Program-made: the position numbers and the translations under genes
Shown: positions 39,383 to 49,756 of the stretch, piece by piece
How the letters are laid out: the number at the start of each line of letters is the position of its first letter
Position numbering within the stretch: the stretch's first letter is position 1
Source: an uncultured virus (IMG/VR IMGVR_UViG_3300033994_002454)
Lineage: Duplodnaviria; Heunggongvirae; Uroviricota; Caudoviricetes
Virus record (IMG/VR): IMGVR_UViG_3300033994_002454
Coordinates: 62,001-124,015 of that record
DNA length: 62,015 nucleotides
Strand: one strand, 5' to 3'
Notes under the pieces: generated by a model
What the model saw: the letters and a program-made list of their open reading frames with translations, nothing else
What the model was told of the DNA's origin: nothing
The model's database searches: none

Positions 39383-39928
39383 TTAAATTAATATTTGGAT
39401 AATACCTTCTATTATTCTGCCTTTTTCACCATCACTGATTTTGTTTGTTTTCAAATAGGAAGCTATAATGTTGTTTAATTTGTCTTTATTTTTTGACATA
39501 TTACTTACATTAATGTTTTCTTTTACAAGCATTCTTGATATGTTTTGAACATGATCACCTACTTTAATATTTTTAACGGTAACTCCCGTTTTATTTTCAG
39601 TAAGTGTGTTTTTGTTTGCTTGTGATTTTACTTCCACGGTTACTTTTTTGGCAGTTTCTACTTCAAAATCAGATTCCCATGGTGTAAAATACGTATCGTC
39701 TGCTATAACCTCAAGTCTTATTTTACCTTTTGTTGATTCTTCTAAAAGATTTTTTAGTTTGCGGATAGGAACGGTACATTTTCCACTAGAGTCAATGGTT
39801 CCTTTAAATAAAAGATTTAAATTATCTGCTTCTACTACTAAGCGAACTTTACTGTTTTTAACCGAAGCACCCTCTAATGATATAGAGCACTCAAAAAGTT
39901 CTTGTTTATCTGTGTATAAAGTATACAT
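39383..39928 (-). CDS. hypothetical (likely virion) protein
   Basis: LEVIADDTYFTPW; in late block. Confidence 0.6.
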   Translation of the reverse strand: MYTLYTDKQELFECSISLEGASVKNSKVRLVVEADNLNLLFKGTIDSSGKCTVPIRKLKNLLEESTKGKIRLEVIADDTYFTPWESDFEVETAKKVTVEVKSQANKNTLTENKTGVTVKNIKVGDHVQNISRMLVKENINVSNMSKNKDKLNNIIASYLKTNKISDGEKGRIIEGIIQILI

Positions 39929-40266
39929 TATTTGTTAATTTTTACATCTACTCCTAGTACTTCTTTAGCAACTAGTTTTATATCTCGTATAAATATTTTG
40001 GTTTTATGTACCTCTTTAGTTTCTTTATATTCTTTTCCCTGAACTTTGCAAAGGAGTTTTATAAATTGTTTTTTCTTTTCAGGGTTTTGGTTTAGAAATT
40101 CATCAGGGTGAGTTTTTCCTATGATTTCAATTATTAAAGCACAATCATTCCAAAGATTTGTTCCTGTTACTCTTTCATAAGTAGGATACACTTTTCCATC
40201 TGTTGGATTTGTTGCATCCCAATTAAAATTAGCTGTGTTCCACTGAAAAGGTATTCTTGTTATCAT
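39928..40266 (-). CDS. hypothetical protein
   Basis: Coupled ORF in late block. Confidence 0.6.
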   Translation of the reverse strand: MITRIPFQWNTANFNWDATNPTDGKVYPTYERVTGTNLWNDCALIIEIIGKTHPDEFLNQNPEKKKQFIKLLCKVQGKEYKETKEVHKTKIFIRDIKLVAKEVLGVDVKINK

Positions 40267-40604
40267 TAAAATGTTCCCCCATCAATATAAGATGCTGTTA
40301 CAGCATAATCAGCATATGAAGCACTTAGAGCAAAAGAACTACTTGTTGATGAAATACTTAATGATTGGGTAAATGTGGTTCCATCTCCTTTGTAAAATTC
40401 AATATATGGAGAGTCACTAAAACTTCCTGTGTAAACAACAGCATTAATTATTGTATTAGAAATAAATACCCCTTCAATTTCCGAATATGTTCCTCCGTTT
40501 TTTGGATTGTATAAATATGAAGTAGGAACATAGTAAACATAATTTGTACTAGGGTCAATAACTTGAACCCAGTTTATGTCGGTATTGTTGTATAAATTTT
40601 CCAT
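40266..40604 (-). CDS. small structural protein ending IDGGTF
   Basis: F.KGDG.TF, SASYA, IDGGTF; late motif at 40611-40620. Confidence 0.6.
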   Translation of the reverse strand: MENLYNNTDINWVQVIDPSTNYVYYVPTSYLYNPKNGGTYSEIEGVFISNTIINAVVYTGSFSDSPYIEFYKGDGTTFTQSLSISSTSSSFALSASYADYAVTASYIDGGTF

Positions 40605-40619
40605 TACATATTATAAATA

Positions 40620-41636
40620 TTAATATGTTTTGGTATTATCGTCATTTAAAGATGATAGTTTACTACGTAAATCTTGTAAAACTGCTCCTTTTCTTTTTCC
40701 GGAAACATTTGAACTTTCTACCATCTGAATTTCGTTTAAAATACGATCCCTTTCTGAGTATGGGTTAGGGGTAAAAACAGGTTCAGGTTCTACTATAGGT
40801 TCAGTTGATTTTATTTCACCATAAATATTAATTTTAGGTTTAATGCGATCAAACGCTTGATTGGTAGCTATAACAAGGGTTATGGCTAGTGGATCAAACA
40901 CAAAGATCAACATAAATATGAACCAATTTGCCACTGTTTTTACGTCAGCTCCAGTAATTTCACTTACATACTGTACTGCACCTAATTCATTGCCTTCACT
41001 TGCTTTAGATTCCATATCTAAAACCTTAATATCCAGGTTTGTAATTGAATCGTTTAACGCGTCTATTTTAGTAGATAATTTGTCTTTACTAACTTGTGCC
41101 GCTGCAAGTTGTGCTTCAAATGATTTGCGGTTAGCATTATTTGCTCTAGTAACAACTTGTCCTGTTCTAGCATCTACTGATTGAGTAGTTGTATTTGTAG
41201 ATAAAGCATTACGTAACTGGGATATGTCTTTGTCTAGTGTTGATTTTTCTTTTTCTAATTCGGATTTAATTTCTTCAAATCTCTGTTTTTTAACTTCTAT
41301 ATTTTGGATTTGTTTGCCTCCAATTTCAAGTTTTGCAATGTTTTCTTGAAATCCAGTACTTAATAAACCATAAATTCCAATAGAGGTAATTACAGATAAA
41401 ATTACAAGCGCTATAGTTAAATAAATTTTTAAAAGTGTATAGGTATTTTTCCAAGCATTGTGGAGATAAGTTGCAATAGCGATTTTAGATACTTCTAAAA
41501 ACGATCCCATTACAATTACAGGAATAGCTACACCGGCAAATACAATAGATAATCCGATTACACTGTAATAAGCTGCTGTTGCTGATAATCCAATGGCACA
41601 AAACAGCAAGAACCAAGGTAAAAATTTTTGTTTCAT
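40620..41636 (-). CDS. membrane protein with coiled coil
   Basis: Three N-terminal TM helices (AAYYSVIGL, LEVSK, TSIGIYGLLS), coiled coil, IFVFDPLAI. Confidence 0.7.
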   Translation of the reverse strand: MKQKFLPWFLLFCAIGLSATAAYYSVIGLSIVFAGVAIPVIVMGSFLEVSKIAIATYLHNAWKNTYTLLKIYLTIALVILSVITSIGIYGLLSTGFQENIAKLEIGGKQIQNIEVKKQRFEEIKSELEKEKSTLDKDISQLRNALSTNTTTQSVDARTGQVVTRANNANRKSFEAQLAAAQVSKDKLSTKIDALNDSITNLDIKVLDMESKASEGNELGAVQYVSEITGADVKTVANWFIFMLIFVFDPLAITLVIATNQAFDRIKPKINIYGEIKSTEPIVEPEPVFTPNPYSERDRILNEIQMVESSNVSGKRKGAVLQDLRSKLSSLNDDNTKTY

Positions 41637-41644
41637 ATTTAAAA

Positions 41645-41670
41645 ATATAAAAAGCCCCATTCGGGGCTTC
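41645..41670 (-). terminator. intrinsic terminator after lysis cassette
   Basis: Sense AAGCCCC-GAAT-GGGGCTT-TTT. Confidence 0.7.
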
Positions 41671-41692
41671 AAAGGTTTTTAAAAAAAATTAA

Positions 41693-41860
41693 TTATTTTT
41701 TATTTTTATCAACTATTGACCAAACAGTTCCAACTAGTGTCATTGCACTACCTGAAAGTTCAGTCCAAGTTGCTTCATCCATGATCCCTTTCATTAAAAG
41801 GATACCTCCAACAAATGTTAAAGTATGACGGATAATTCCTAGTACTTGTTCTTTTGTCAT
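41693..41860 (-). CDS. 55-aa putative holin (not in ORF track)
   Basis: Manual translation MTKEQVLGIIRHTLTFVGGILLMKGIMDEATWTELSGSAMTLVGTVWSIVDKNKK; two TM segments, follows endolysin. Confidence 0.65.
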   Translation of the reverse strand: MTKEQVLGIIRHTLTFVGGILLMKGIMDEATWTELSGSAMTLVGTVWSIVDKNKK

Positions 41861-41888
41861 TTTATTTGTTTTTATTGGTTACTTTTTG

Positions 41889-42407
41889 TTAGCTTTCATT
41901 TGTAGTAATAGCTCCTTTTGCTTCTAAGAATACTTTTCTTACGTTAGCAGGTTGAGCTACTTTCCATGCTGTTCTTCTTGCTTGGTGTAATCTTGATTTA
42001 GCAATTCTGCTAACGCTTACTGAGTTGTTTTGGTTTCCACCTAAAACATGGAAATATTTTTCATCTTCACCAACATATATTCCAACATGTCCACCTCCAT
42101 TTCTTTTAAATGTTAAAATGTCACCAAGCATAGGTTCATCAACTTTATTTCCATATTTTGCCCAGTTTAAAGCCCATAATGGTCTTTCTACTACTTGTAA
42201 TCCTGCAGCATGAGCACAATACCCTATGTATAAACCACACCAAGGAATTTCATCATTAGTATAAATACTTTTAAGTCCTAAAGCTCCGGCCCATCCAAGG
42301 ATAACTGGGTTGTGTTTTGAACCTACAATTTCTTTAACTCCAATATGTTTAACAGCTTCTACTAAAAGTTTTGGAGATTTTTCTTCTTTTAACCATTCGT
42401 AACTCAT
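41889..42407 (-). CDS. NlpC/P60 (TIGR02594-type) endolysin
   Basis: DEIPWCG, GGHVG, VLGGNQ. Confidence 0.88.
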   Translation of the reverse strand: MSYEWLKEEKSPKLLVEAVKHIGVKEIVGSKHNPVILGWAGALGLKSIYTNDEIPWCGLYIGYCAHAAGLQVVERPLWALNWAKYGNKVDEPMLGDILTFKRNGGGHVGIYVGEDEKYFHVLGGNQNNSVSVSRIAKSRLHQARRTAWKVAQPANVRKVFLEAKGAITTNES

Positions 42408-42408
42408 A

Positions 42409-42654
42409 CTATTCTTCTTCTTTAAAAAAGTTTGTTAAAAATTTTCCTAAGGCACCCATAGCAATAGAAGCAACTATCATTGCTTTGATTTCAAATGCTG
42501 TAAAGATGTCTTTAAGATTGTCAAATTGCCATAGCCCACCAATAGCTAGTACTGAAGATACTGCTAAAAGAGTATCTCCAATTTTTCTCCATTTTTTTGG
42601 AGTTGGTTTCCAATAATTTGTTTTCATTTTCAGTAATGTTTTTCTGGTTTCCAT
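42409..42654 (-). CDS. putative holin/membrane protein
   Basis: PTPKKWRKIGD, two TM helices, directly upstream of endolysin; late motif 42668-42677. Confidence 0.55.
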   Translation of the reverse strand: METRKTLLKMKTNYWKPTPKKWRKIGDTLLAVSSVLAIGGLWQFDNLKDIFTAFEIKAMIVASIAMGALGKFLTNFFKEEE

Positions 42655-42679
42655 AACTGATAATTTATTATACATATTG

Positions 42680-44404
42680 TTATCCTTCACAAGCAATACA
42701 ATTGTCATCTCTTTGAATTGCATCTCCTCTTAAAATGCTTTCAGATCGCATATAGTACAACGTTTTAATACCTTCTTTCCAAGCTAATTTGTGTACATCA
42801 CTAATATATTTTGGTGAATCTGAAGGATCAAAAGTTAAGTTAAGTGAAATTGCTTGATCAACATATTTTTGTCTAATACCGTTTTGGCGAACAATTTCGT
42901 ATGGATTAATTTCTTTAAACGTTAAGAAAATTTCTTTTTCTTCAGGTGTTAAAATGTAATCAGGTAATCCCATTACTGAGCCCTTATCTTTTGCAATTTG
43001 ATCCCAAACACTGTCAATATTGTATCCTTTAGATTCAAGTAATTTTACTAATGTTTTATTTTTCTTAATAAAAGTACCTTTTGCTGTTTTTAAATTGAAT
43101 ACGTTTGCTGGGATTGGTTCAATTGAAGGTGAAACACCACCTGAAATATGGGCATTAGAAACTGTTGGGGCAATCGCTAAATGATGGGTGTGGCGCAGTC
43201 CGGTACCTTTACACCATTCAGGTTCTCCATATAATTCAGCTTGGGCGCGGGAAGCTTTTAGTGTTTCTTTTTCAATGAAATCAAACATAACTCTTGTATA
43301 AGAGTTTGCTTGCAATCCCGCAAACGGTATTCCTTTTTCTTGCAAAAATGTATGCCATCCTAAAACACCAATACCAATTGCTCTACCTTTAGATGCTGAG
43401 CGGTATGTGTTTTCCATAAAACGGATATTTTTTGCTCGATCAATAAATTCTTGTAATACACCTTCTAAAAACCAACAAGTTAGTTCTGGTAATGTCATTC
43501 CATTTTCAAATGTATATTCTTTCCATTCATCCCATCTTGCTAAATTAAGAGAAGATAAACAACAAATAAATGAATGTAATTCATCTGTGTATAATGAAAT
43601 TTCAGAACAGATGTTTGTCATAGAAACATGTAAATTGTTCTTTTTATATGCTTCAGGATTATTGTTGTTTACATTATCCTCAAACATGATATAAGGTTCA
43701 CCTGTTTCTAAACGTGTTTTTAAAATTTCACCCCATAATTTTAATGCTTTAGGATCACGTTCTTCAACTTTGTTCATAAATTCATCATCAATTACAACAC
43801 ATTGGTGCATGTTTAAACATTGGCGATTAACATCTCCTTTTGGACGACGAATCATTAAAAACTCTTCAACATCAGGGTGGTTGATGTTTAAGTTAACTGA
43901 AGCTGCTCCACGTCTAACTGAACCCTGATTGGTGGCTAAAATAGTTGAATCATATATTTTAATCCACGGAACTACACCTTCACTTACTCCATTATCTTTA
44001 ATTGATTTACCACGTCCTCTAATTCGAGATACCCCAATACCAACACCTCCACCTTGAGAAGATAAACGCATCAATTCAGAGTTTGCTAATGCAATCCCTT
44101 CAATTGAATCGTCTGTGTCTATTCCAAAGCATGAAATAGGCATTCCACGTTCGGTTCCCATATTTGATAAAACAGGGGAAGCTAAACATAACCAATTTTT
44201 TGTCATCGCTTCGTAAAAGTATGGTTGTAAATCTTTACGTTTTAAGCGACGTGATGCTGCTTTAGATACACGTTTAAATGCTCCAAATACATCTTCATCT
44301 GGGAGTAAGTATCCTTTAGAGATAATACTTAATCCAATTTCATCCATCCATGTAGGGAAATTTTTCCCTTTTGTCCAATTTGTTGTATCTACTTGTATGC
44401 TCAT
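42680..44404 (-). CDS. nrdA: class Ia ribonucleotide reductase alpha subunit (no ATP cone)
   Basis: ISCF, GGGVG, TNICSEI, CCLSSLN, APT, TLYY, CIACEG. Confidence 0.96.
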   Translation of the reverse strand: MSIQVDTTNWTKGKNFPTWMDEIGLSIISKGYLLPDEDVFGAFKRVSKAASRRLKRKDLQPYFYEAMTKNWLCLASPVLSNMGTERGMPISCFGIDTDDSIEGIALANSELMRLSSQGGGVGIGVSRIRGRGKSIKDNGVSEGVVPWIKIYDSTILATNQGSVRRGAASVNLNINHPDVEEFLMIRRPKGDVNRQCLNMHQCVVIDDEFMNKVEERDPKALKLWGEILKTRLETGEPYIMFEDNVNNNNPEAYKKNNLHVSMTNICSEISLYTDELHSFICCLSSLNLARWDEWKEYTFENGMTLPELTCWFLEGVLQEFIDRAKNIRFMENTYRSASKGRAIGIGVLGWHTFLQEKGIPFAGLQANSYTRVMFDFIEKETLKASRAQAELYGEPEWCKGTGLRHTHHLAIAPTVSNAHISGGVSPSIEPIPANVFNLKTAKGTFIKKNKTLVKLLESKGYNIDSVWDQIAKDKGSVMGLPDYILTPEEKEIFLTFKEINPYEIVRQNGIRQKYVDQAISLNLTFDPSDSPKYISDVHKLAWKEGIKTLYYMRSESILRGDAIQRDDNCIACEG

Positions 44405-44408
44405 AATT

Positions 44409-45359
44409 TTATAAATCGCTCCAATCAGCTGTTGATTTTGAATAATCTGTTACTCGGTTTGCAAAGAAATCTTGATGTGTTTTTCCGCTTGTTAAATGGT
44501 TAAACCATTCCATTTCTCTCATTAAATTAGGATCTACATCATTGTAAAGTGGACTATAACCTAATTCGTTTAATTTTTCGTTTGCACGTGCTTTAATAAA
44601 GTTTTTTAATTGGTCTTTTGATAAACCTTCAATATCCCCCATTTCAAATGCTTTGTCTATAAAGTCAAATTCTAGATTAACTGAAACTTCACATGCTTTG
44701 TAAATTTCCCCCATCAATTTATGGTCATCTAAATCTGGGTTTTCACTAACTAATGTTCTGAATAGCCAGCATCCTGCTTTTGAATGTAATGACTCGTCAC
44801 GTACGCTCCATTCTACAATTTGACCTGTACCTTTCATTAGGTTACGCAATTGAAATGACATCAAAACAGCAAATGAAGAAAACAAATTTACACCTTCTGT
44901 AAATGCAGAAAATATAGCTAATGAAAGTGCCTTTTCATGTAATGTTTCTCCAGGTGTTTCAACTAAACGATCAATTTTTGCTTTAGCTTCTTCGTCTTCT
45001 AAAAACGCTTTAAAATCATCTAAACCAAGTTCTTCATTTAAACGAGCATATGCTTCAGCATGGATGCTTTCAAAATCAGCAAATACACGAGCCATTGCTT
45101 GTACTTCAGGTTTTGGAAACCATAAAGATACTTTTGTTGACCAATAGTCGTTTACATGTATTTCTGTTTGAGCAAATGACTTTAAAATGTTTCCGATTAA
45201 ATTTCGTTCAGAATCGTTTAATTTAAGTTTCCAGTCATTTAAGTCTGAAGCTAAGGGTACTTCATCAGCTAACCAATGTGCTCTGTGTTGATCTTTGTAG
45301 AAATCAAACGCCATTTGGTATTCAAATGGTTTATAAAAATTACGCGGTTCTGTTATCAT
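44409..45359 (-). CDS. nrdB: ribonucleotide reductase beta subunit
   Basis: ESIHAEAY, EGVNLFSSF, RDESLH, DFF. Confidence 0.96.
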   Translation of the reverse strand: MITEPRNFYKPFEYQMAFDFYKDQHRAHWLADEVPLASDLNDWKLKLNDSERNLIGNILKSFAQTEIHVNDYWSTKVSLWFPKPEVQAMARVFADFESIHAEAYARLNEELGLDDFKAFLEDEEAKAKIDRLVETPGETLHEKALSLAIFSAFTEGVNLFSSFAVLMSFQLRNLMKGTGQIVEWSVRDESLHSKAGCWLFRTLVSENPDLDDHKLMGEIYKACEVSVNLEFDFIDKAFEMGDIEGLSKDQLKNFIKARANEKLNELGYSPLYNDVDPNLMREMEWFNHLTSGKTHQDFFANRVTDYSKSTADWSDL

Positions 45360-46708
45360 GTATTTAGTTCAAAAAATTTACTTGCTAGCATTTTTCTGTC
45401 AATGTTTTCGTATTCCTCATTCGACATTTTCTTTGGAGCATCAGTTTCTTCGTCATAATGGTTTCCTACTTTAATTCTACCGGTTGAAGTATCAACTTCA
45501 ACTTGGAAGGTAAGTCCATCCATTCCATATCGGTTTTTCATAATGTGAAGTCTTCCTGTTCCGTTAACTTTATCTTCTTTCTTTCTTGATAATGAAATTG
45601 AAAGGTCGGTTATCATCATTTTATCATAACTTCCTGCGGCTTTATCGCCTTCAATAACATCATCTTTAGCTCCTGCGCGATTTACTTGTGAAACTGACCA
45701 AATTGGTATGTTTAATTCACGAGCTAATCCCTTGGTGCTTGTATAAATATCATCAATTTCTTCTTTGCGATCGCCTCTTTTTCGTCTTGAAGAAAGAAGA
45801 TCAATATAATCTATAATGATAAGATCTGGTGTGATTCCTAAATCTTTTACTTTATTTATGTGTGCTTCTATTGTAGAAATTGTGGTTTTTCCCATCGGAA
45901 ATTCACGAATAATCAATTCACCTGGTAAGTCAGAAGTTGATGCTTCTACGTTATTTTTATGTTTTTCTAATTGGTCAACAGGTACACCTGTAAAGAAAGC
46001 GTCATATCGTCTTCCAGTATATGCTTCACTTAATTCTAAAGTGTAGTGGATAACATTGTATCCCATTTTTACTGCATAACCACCTAAAGCAACTAATGTC
46101 CAAGATTTACCTCCTCCAGGATTACCAAAAATTAAACCTAAATCTCCATTACCTAAACCACCTTGAATTAATTCATTGATTTCAGGCCAAGGAGTAGGTA
46201 CTATTGTTCTATGATCTTCACGGTAACGTGATTCAGTATCTTTTTTATATTCGTGTCCAATGTTTTTGTCAGCACCTGCTTTCATTGCTGATTCAATCAT
46301 ATATTTGATTGAGTCGTAGTCACCTGCTTTTAGTAAGTCAACACTATTTAATAGTGCTTTTTTTAACTGTTGATTTTTACAGAATGTAGAAAATTCTTCT
46401 TGCACATAAGCTAAATCTTCAATGTCTGCTCTATATGCTTCTCGTAACTGTTCTTTAACAGATACTTTAAGCACTTCATTGCCCAACTTTTTCATTTCAA
46501 CTTTTAAAATATCCATTGAAATGGTTGTATGGTACTTTTCGTAGTACTTAAGAATCTCGTTTATAACCCATTTATGAGCCGGATTACTAAAGTATTCATC
46601 ACTTAGTACGTCGTTTATGTTTTGTAAAAATTCTTTATGTGTTAATAAAGAAGAAATTACTTTCATCTGGAACGATGGTCCGTATTCATCAATTGATTGT
46701 AATGTCAT
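45356..46708 (-). CDS. replicative DnaB-like helicase (T4 gp41-like)
   Basis: GNPGGGKS, TLEL, IIDYID, SQVNR, KNRYG. Confidence 0.93.
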   Translation of the reverse strand: MTLQSIDEYGPSFQMKVISSLLTHKEFLQNINDVLSDEYFSNPAHKWVINEILKYYEKYHTTISMDILKVEMKKLGNEVLKVSVKEQLREAYRADIEDLAYVQEEFSTFCKNQQLKKALLNSVDLLKAGDYDSIKYMIESAMKAGADKNIGHEYKKDTESRYREDHRTIVPTPWPEINELIQGGLGNGDLGLIFGNPGGGKSWTLVALGGYAVKMGYNVIHYTLELSEAYTGRRYDAFFTGVPVDQLEKHKNNVEASTSDLPGELIIREFPMGKTTISTIEAHINKVKDLGITPDLIIIDYIDLLSSRRKRGDRKEEIDDIYTSTKGLARELNIPIWSVSQVNRAGAKDDVIEGDKAAGSYDKMMITDLSISLSRKKEDKVNGTGRLHIMKNRYGMDGLTFQVEVDTSTGRIKVGNHYDEETDAPKKMSNEEYENIDRKMLASKFFELNT

Positions 46709-46736
46709 TTTATAACTTTTATTTAAATTTAATAAC

Positions 46737-47768
46737 TTATTGTCGGGTAACCAACAAATCTTTAAAAACATCTTGAACCCAAAATTCAGTATTTCGAATT
46801 AAGTTTCCAATTTGATCTTCGTTGCACATTTCAACAAACATGTTAGGTACAAAATTTAATGGAGTGTTTACAACGAAGTTATCTATAAATATTTTATCTG
46901 CATCACTTATCATAGGATTAGATAAGTCCATAACTTTATATTTATCTTCTAATAGGGGAACATCATGTAATACTCTTGCATATACAACATGTTCTTTTAA
47001 TTTAGCTTCCGCTATATCTAGCAAATCATCAAACGACAAATCACGTTCAGCTAATTCAGGAAATTTTTTAAATAAACCTTTAGGTCCTAATCCCTTAATA
47101 CCTGTGATTCCATCAGAATTATCACCCATTAATAACTTGTATAACAAGAAATTGTGTGGGGGCACATTAAATTTTTCTTTTACAGTATCTGTAGTATAGT
47201 ATTCTTTTTCAATTGGGCGATAAACAATTACTTTTTCGGTTACTAACTGTAAATAATCTTTATCACTGGATACTATGAATACTCTATCTTCAGGTTTTGT
47301 AGGTAATGTAGCACTTAAGTATGCGATAATATCATCTGCTTCTACTCGAGGTAAGGATATTGTTTTAACAGGTAATGTCTTTAAGTATTGGATAATTCGA
47401 ACAATTTGATCTACTTTAGAGTCATCTTCTTCTTCTAAACTATCAAATAATTCATGTTTAGTTACTCGAGTTACATTTCTGTTTGATTTGTATTCAGGAA
47501 TAATGTTTTTTCTATTATTGGAGGAACCCACACCATCAAACACAACATAAACTTGTGTTGGTTGGATGGTGCGAATTAAAGCCCCCAAAGAACGAAAAAA
47601 TCCTCCTAAACCTCCAATGTGGACTCCATTTGAATTGACGGCATTAATTGCACTAAAATTTCGAAAGAAGAGATTGAGTCCATCTATAAGCAGGTAGCGC
47701 TCCGATTGTGGGGTTTCTTCCCCGTGTTCTTGTATGTTATCTAAGAGGTTTAAGAGGTCTTTTTTCAT
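46737..47768 (-). CDS. 5'-3' exonuclease (Pol I N-terminal/T4 RNase H-like)
   Basis: LIDG, VFDG, YKSNR, EADD, SSDKD, GDNSDGI.G.KG.G. Confidence 0.93.
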   Translation of the reverse strand: MKKDLLNLLDNIQEHGEETPQSERYLLIDGLNLFFRNFSAINAVNSNGVHIGGLGGFFRSLGALIRTIQPTQVYVVFDGVGSSNNRKNIIPEYKSNRNVTRVTKHELFDSLEEEDDSKVDQIVRIIQYLKTLPVKTISLPRVEADDIIAYLSATLPTKPEDRVFIVSSDKDYLQLVTEKVIVYRPIEKEYYTTDTVKEKFNVPPHNFLLYKLLMGDNSDGITGIKGLGPKGLFKKFPELAERDLSFDDLLDIAEAKLKEHVVYARVLHDVPLLEDKYKVMDLSNPMISDADKIFIDNFVVNTPLNFVPNMFVEMCNEDQIGNLIRNTEFWVQDVFKDLLVTRQ

Positions 47769-47769
47769 A

Positions 47770-48855
47770 TTAATCTTCGTTTTCAAATAAATCAGGTGTT
47801 GGTGCTTTTTCGTCCCACTCACTATTATCTTCCTGTAATGTATAATTACCTTGTCCTAAAATATCTGCCCATTCATGTGAATGTGCATCTTTGTATTTTT
47901 TAATTGCGTTTGGATCATCTTTAATAAATCCATGTACTGTTGAAACAATAGTACCCATTGTTGTAATACCGTTGATGTGGTTTTTATCACAAGCAATTTT
48001 TGTACGCAATGCAAATTCAACTTTTTTCTTGTCCTTAACAGCGTTAAGTTTAGAAGTACCAGCATTTGTAACATTTCCAAAAGTTAAACATAGTGAAACG
48101 TCATAGTAAAATGTATCTCCACCTTTATTTGTCATCCTAGGTTGTGACATAGGAGTTAAAGCCGGAGCAACACCTACTTTGTTTACAATAAACAAGGTAT
48201 TCGTGTATTTTGAACTTTCTTTACGAGACATTACAATCTGTTGATTGATAAAATTACCGAATTGAGTTGCAATTGCTCCTGCATTCCACATTGGATTATT
48301 TTTACCTTGTTCAATTGACATTTGACATGGAATTGAACCAACTGAATCCCAAATGAATAGTAGATCATATGGTAAATTACCTTTTTTCTGTTCAGTTAAT
48401 AAGTCAATGATGAACTCAGCAATGTCCTCAATTGAATTCAATGAACTTCTATCTCGATAAATAAAGAAACCTGTTTGGTCTATAACTTCACCAGTTTCCA
48501 TATCAACTACATCCTCAATTTCAAAACCCATTGTTTTCCAGTGATTCCAATCGTGTTTCATTTCGGTAATGATTAACACAGGTAATATTCCCATCTTTTG
48601 AGCATTAACTGCAATTTCGATAGTCATAGTTGATTTACCTGTGTTACTTTTACCTCGAACCATTGAATTATGACCCATAGGAATACCAGGGATGGACAAT
48701 GCTTCTTGAAGAGCAGGTGAAAATGGAATCCACCTTTGCTCTTTGAATTTAACATTTGATGCTAAACCCTTATTTGCTTTAAATTTATCTAAATTGAACG
48801 CGGATTTTAGTTCATTACCCGCCGCTTCAGTAAGCGATTTTCTTCCTCTAGCCAT
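47770..48855 (-). CDS. RecA/UvsX-like recombinase
   Basis: GIPMG, GKSNTGKS, WDSVG, KGG, KNH. Confidence 0.85.
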   Translation of the reverse strand: MARGRKSLTEAAGNELKSAFNLDKFKANKGLASNVKFKEQRWIPFSPALQEALSIPGIPMGHNSMVRGKSNTGKSTMTIEIAVNAQKMGILPVLIITEMKHDWNHWKTMGFEIEDVVDMETGEVIDQTGFFIYRDRSSLNSIEDIAEFIIDLLTEQKKGNLPYDLLFIWDSVGSIPCQMSIEQGKNNPMWNAGAIATQFGNFINQQIVMSRKESSKYTNTLFIVNKVGVAPALTPMSQPRMTNKGGDTFYYDVSLCLTFGNVTNAGTSKLNAVKDKKKVEFALRTKIACDKNHINGITTMGTIVSTVHGFIKDDPNAIKKYKDAHSHEWADILGQGNYTLQEDNSEWDEKAPTPDLFENED

Positions 48856-48870
48856 AACTTATTTACTTAA

Positions 48871-49695
48871 TTAAAATGGAGCATCATCATCATCTTCACC
48901 AAACAAATCATCAAATGCTTCTGCTTTTGATTTTTTAGCTGCTGGTTTGGTGGATAAGCTGTAATTTGATTTTGGTTCTTCTTTTACTTCATCTTCAACC
49001 TCTGCCAAAACTTCTTCTTCATCTGCCTCAGGGTTTAACCACTCTTGAAGCGCTTGTTTGATTGTATCAAATGGAAGTGGCTTGTACATATCTTTTGGAT
49101 TTTCTTGTTCCTCTAACCATTTTTCAATTTGTTTAGAATCTTCAGACAATGCAGACATTTTCATTGACGGAGCAATAGTTGTTTTATTGTAAGCGGTTCC
49201 TGTTGATTCAGGTCCTACAGTAACTAACTTAATGTCTCTACCAGACATAACATCTGTAAAATCACCTACTTCTTCATCAGCAGCCATTTGTAAGAACGCT
49301 TCGTAAATTTCTTTACCAAATTCCCACATTTGAACACCTTCAGCTTCTTCACCACGTACAATTACAGGAGCATAGATACGAGTTTTCGGATCTAATTTTT
49401 TAGCTAAACGCCAATTTTCTTTGTCGTTTGTTCCACGAAGTTGTTTTGCAAATTCTGCAATTGGATCTTTTTCACCCCAGTTTAAAGGAGAAGCAATTAC
49501 TTTACGGCTTCCAATTCCGTAATAAAATTTCATTTCCGTAAATGGAAATTCCTTATTGTATTTAAAAGGTACAATACGGATTGTTTGTTTGCCAATTGTT
49601 GGTTTAAAACGCTTGACGTTACTTGAATTGTTAGATCCTCCATTAGAGGTCTTTTGCATTGATTCAAGTTTTTTCTTGATTGCATCGAGATTCAT
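48871..49695 (-). CDS. single-stranded DNA-binding protein (T4 gp32-like)
   Basis: IRIVP, DPIAEF, VIVRG, W.FGK, GRD, acidic DDDDAPF tail. Confidence 0.85.
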   Translation of the reverse strand: MNLDAIKKKLESMQKTSNGGSNNSSNVKRFKPTIGKQTIRIVPFKYNKEFPFTEMKFYYGIGSRKVIASPLNWGEKDPIAEFAKQLRGTNDKENWRLAKKLDPKTRIYAPVIVRGEEAEGVQMWEFGKEIYEAFLQMAADEEVGDFTDVMSGRDIKLVTVGPESTGTAYNKTTIAPSMKMSALSEDSKQIEKWLEEQENPKDMYKPLPFDTIKQALQEWLNPEADEEEVLAEVEDEVKEEPKSNYSLSTKPAAKKSKAEAFDDLFGEDDDDAPF

Positions 49696-49756
49696 AATAT
49701 AACTATTTTTATTGTTTACAACGTTTAATATAATAACCTTTTTTTAAATAACCAAA

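Noticed and set aside
20172..45359. Inteins or group I introns in PolB, nrdA or nrdB
   Set aside because: ORFs are uninterrupted and of normal size; the PolB insertion lacks intein termini
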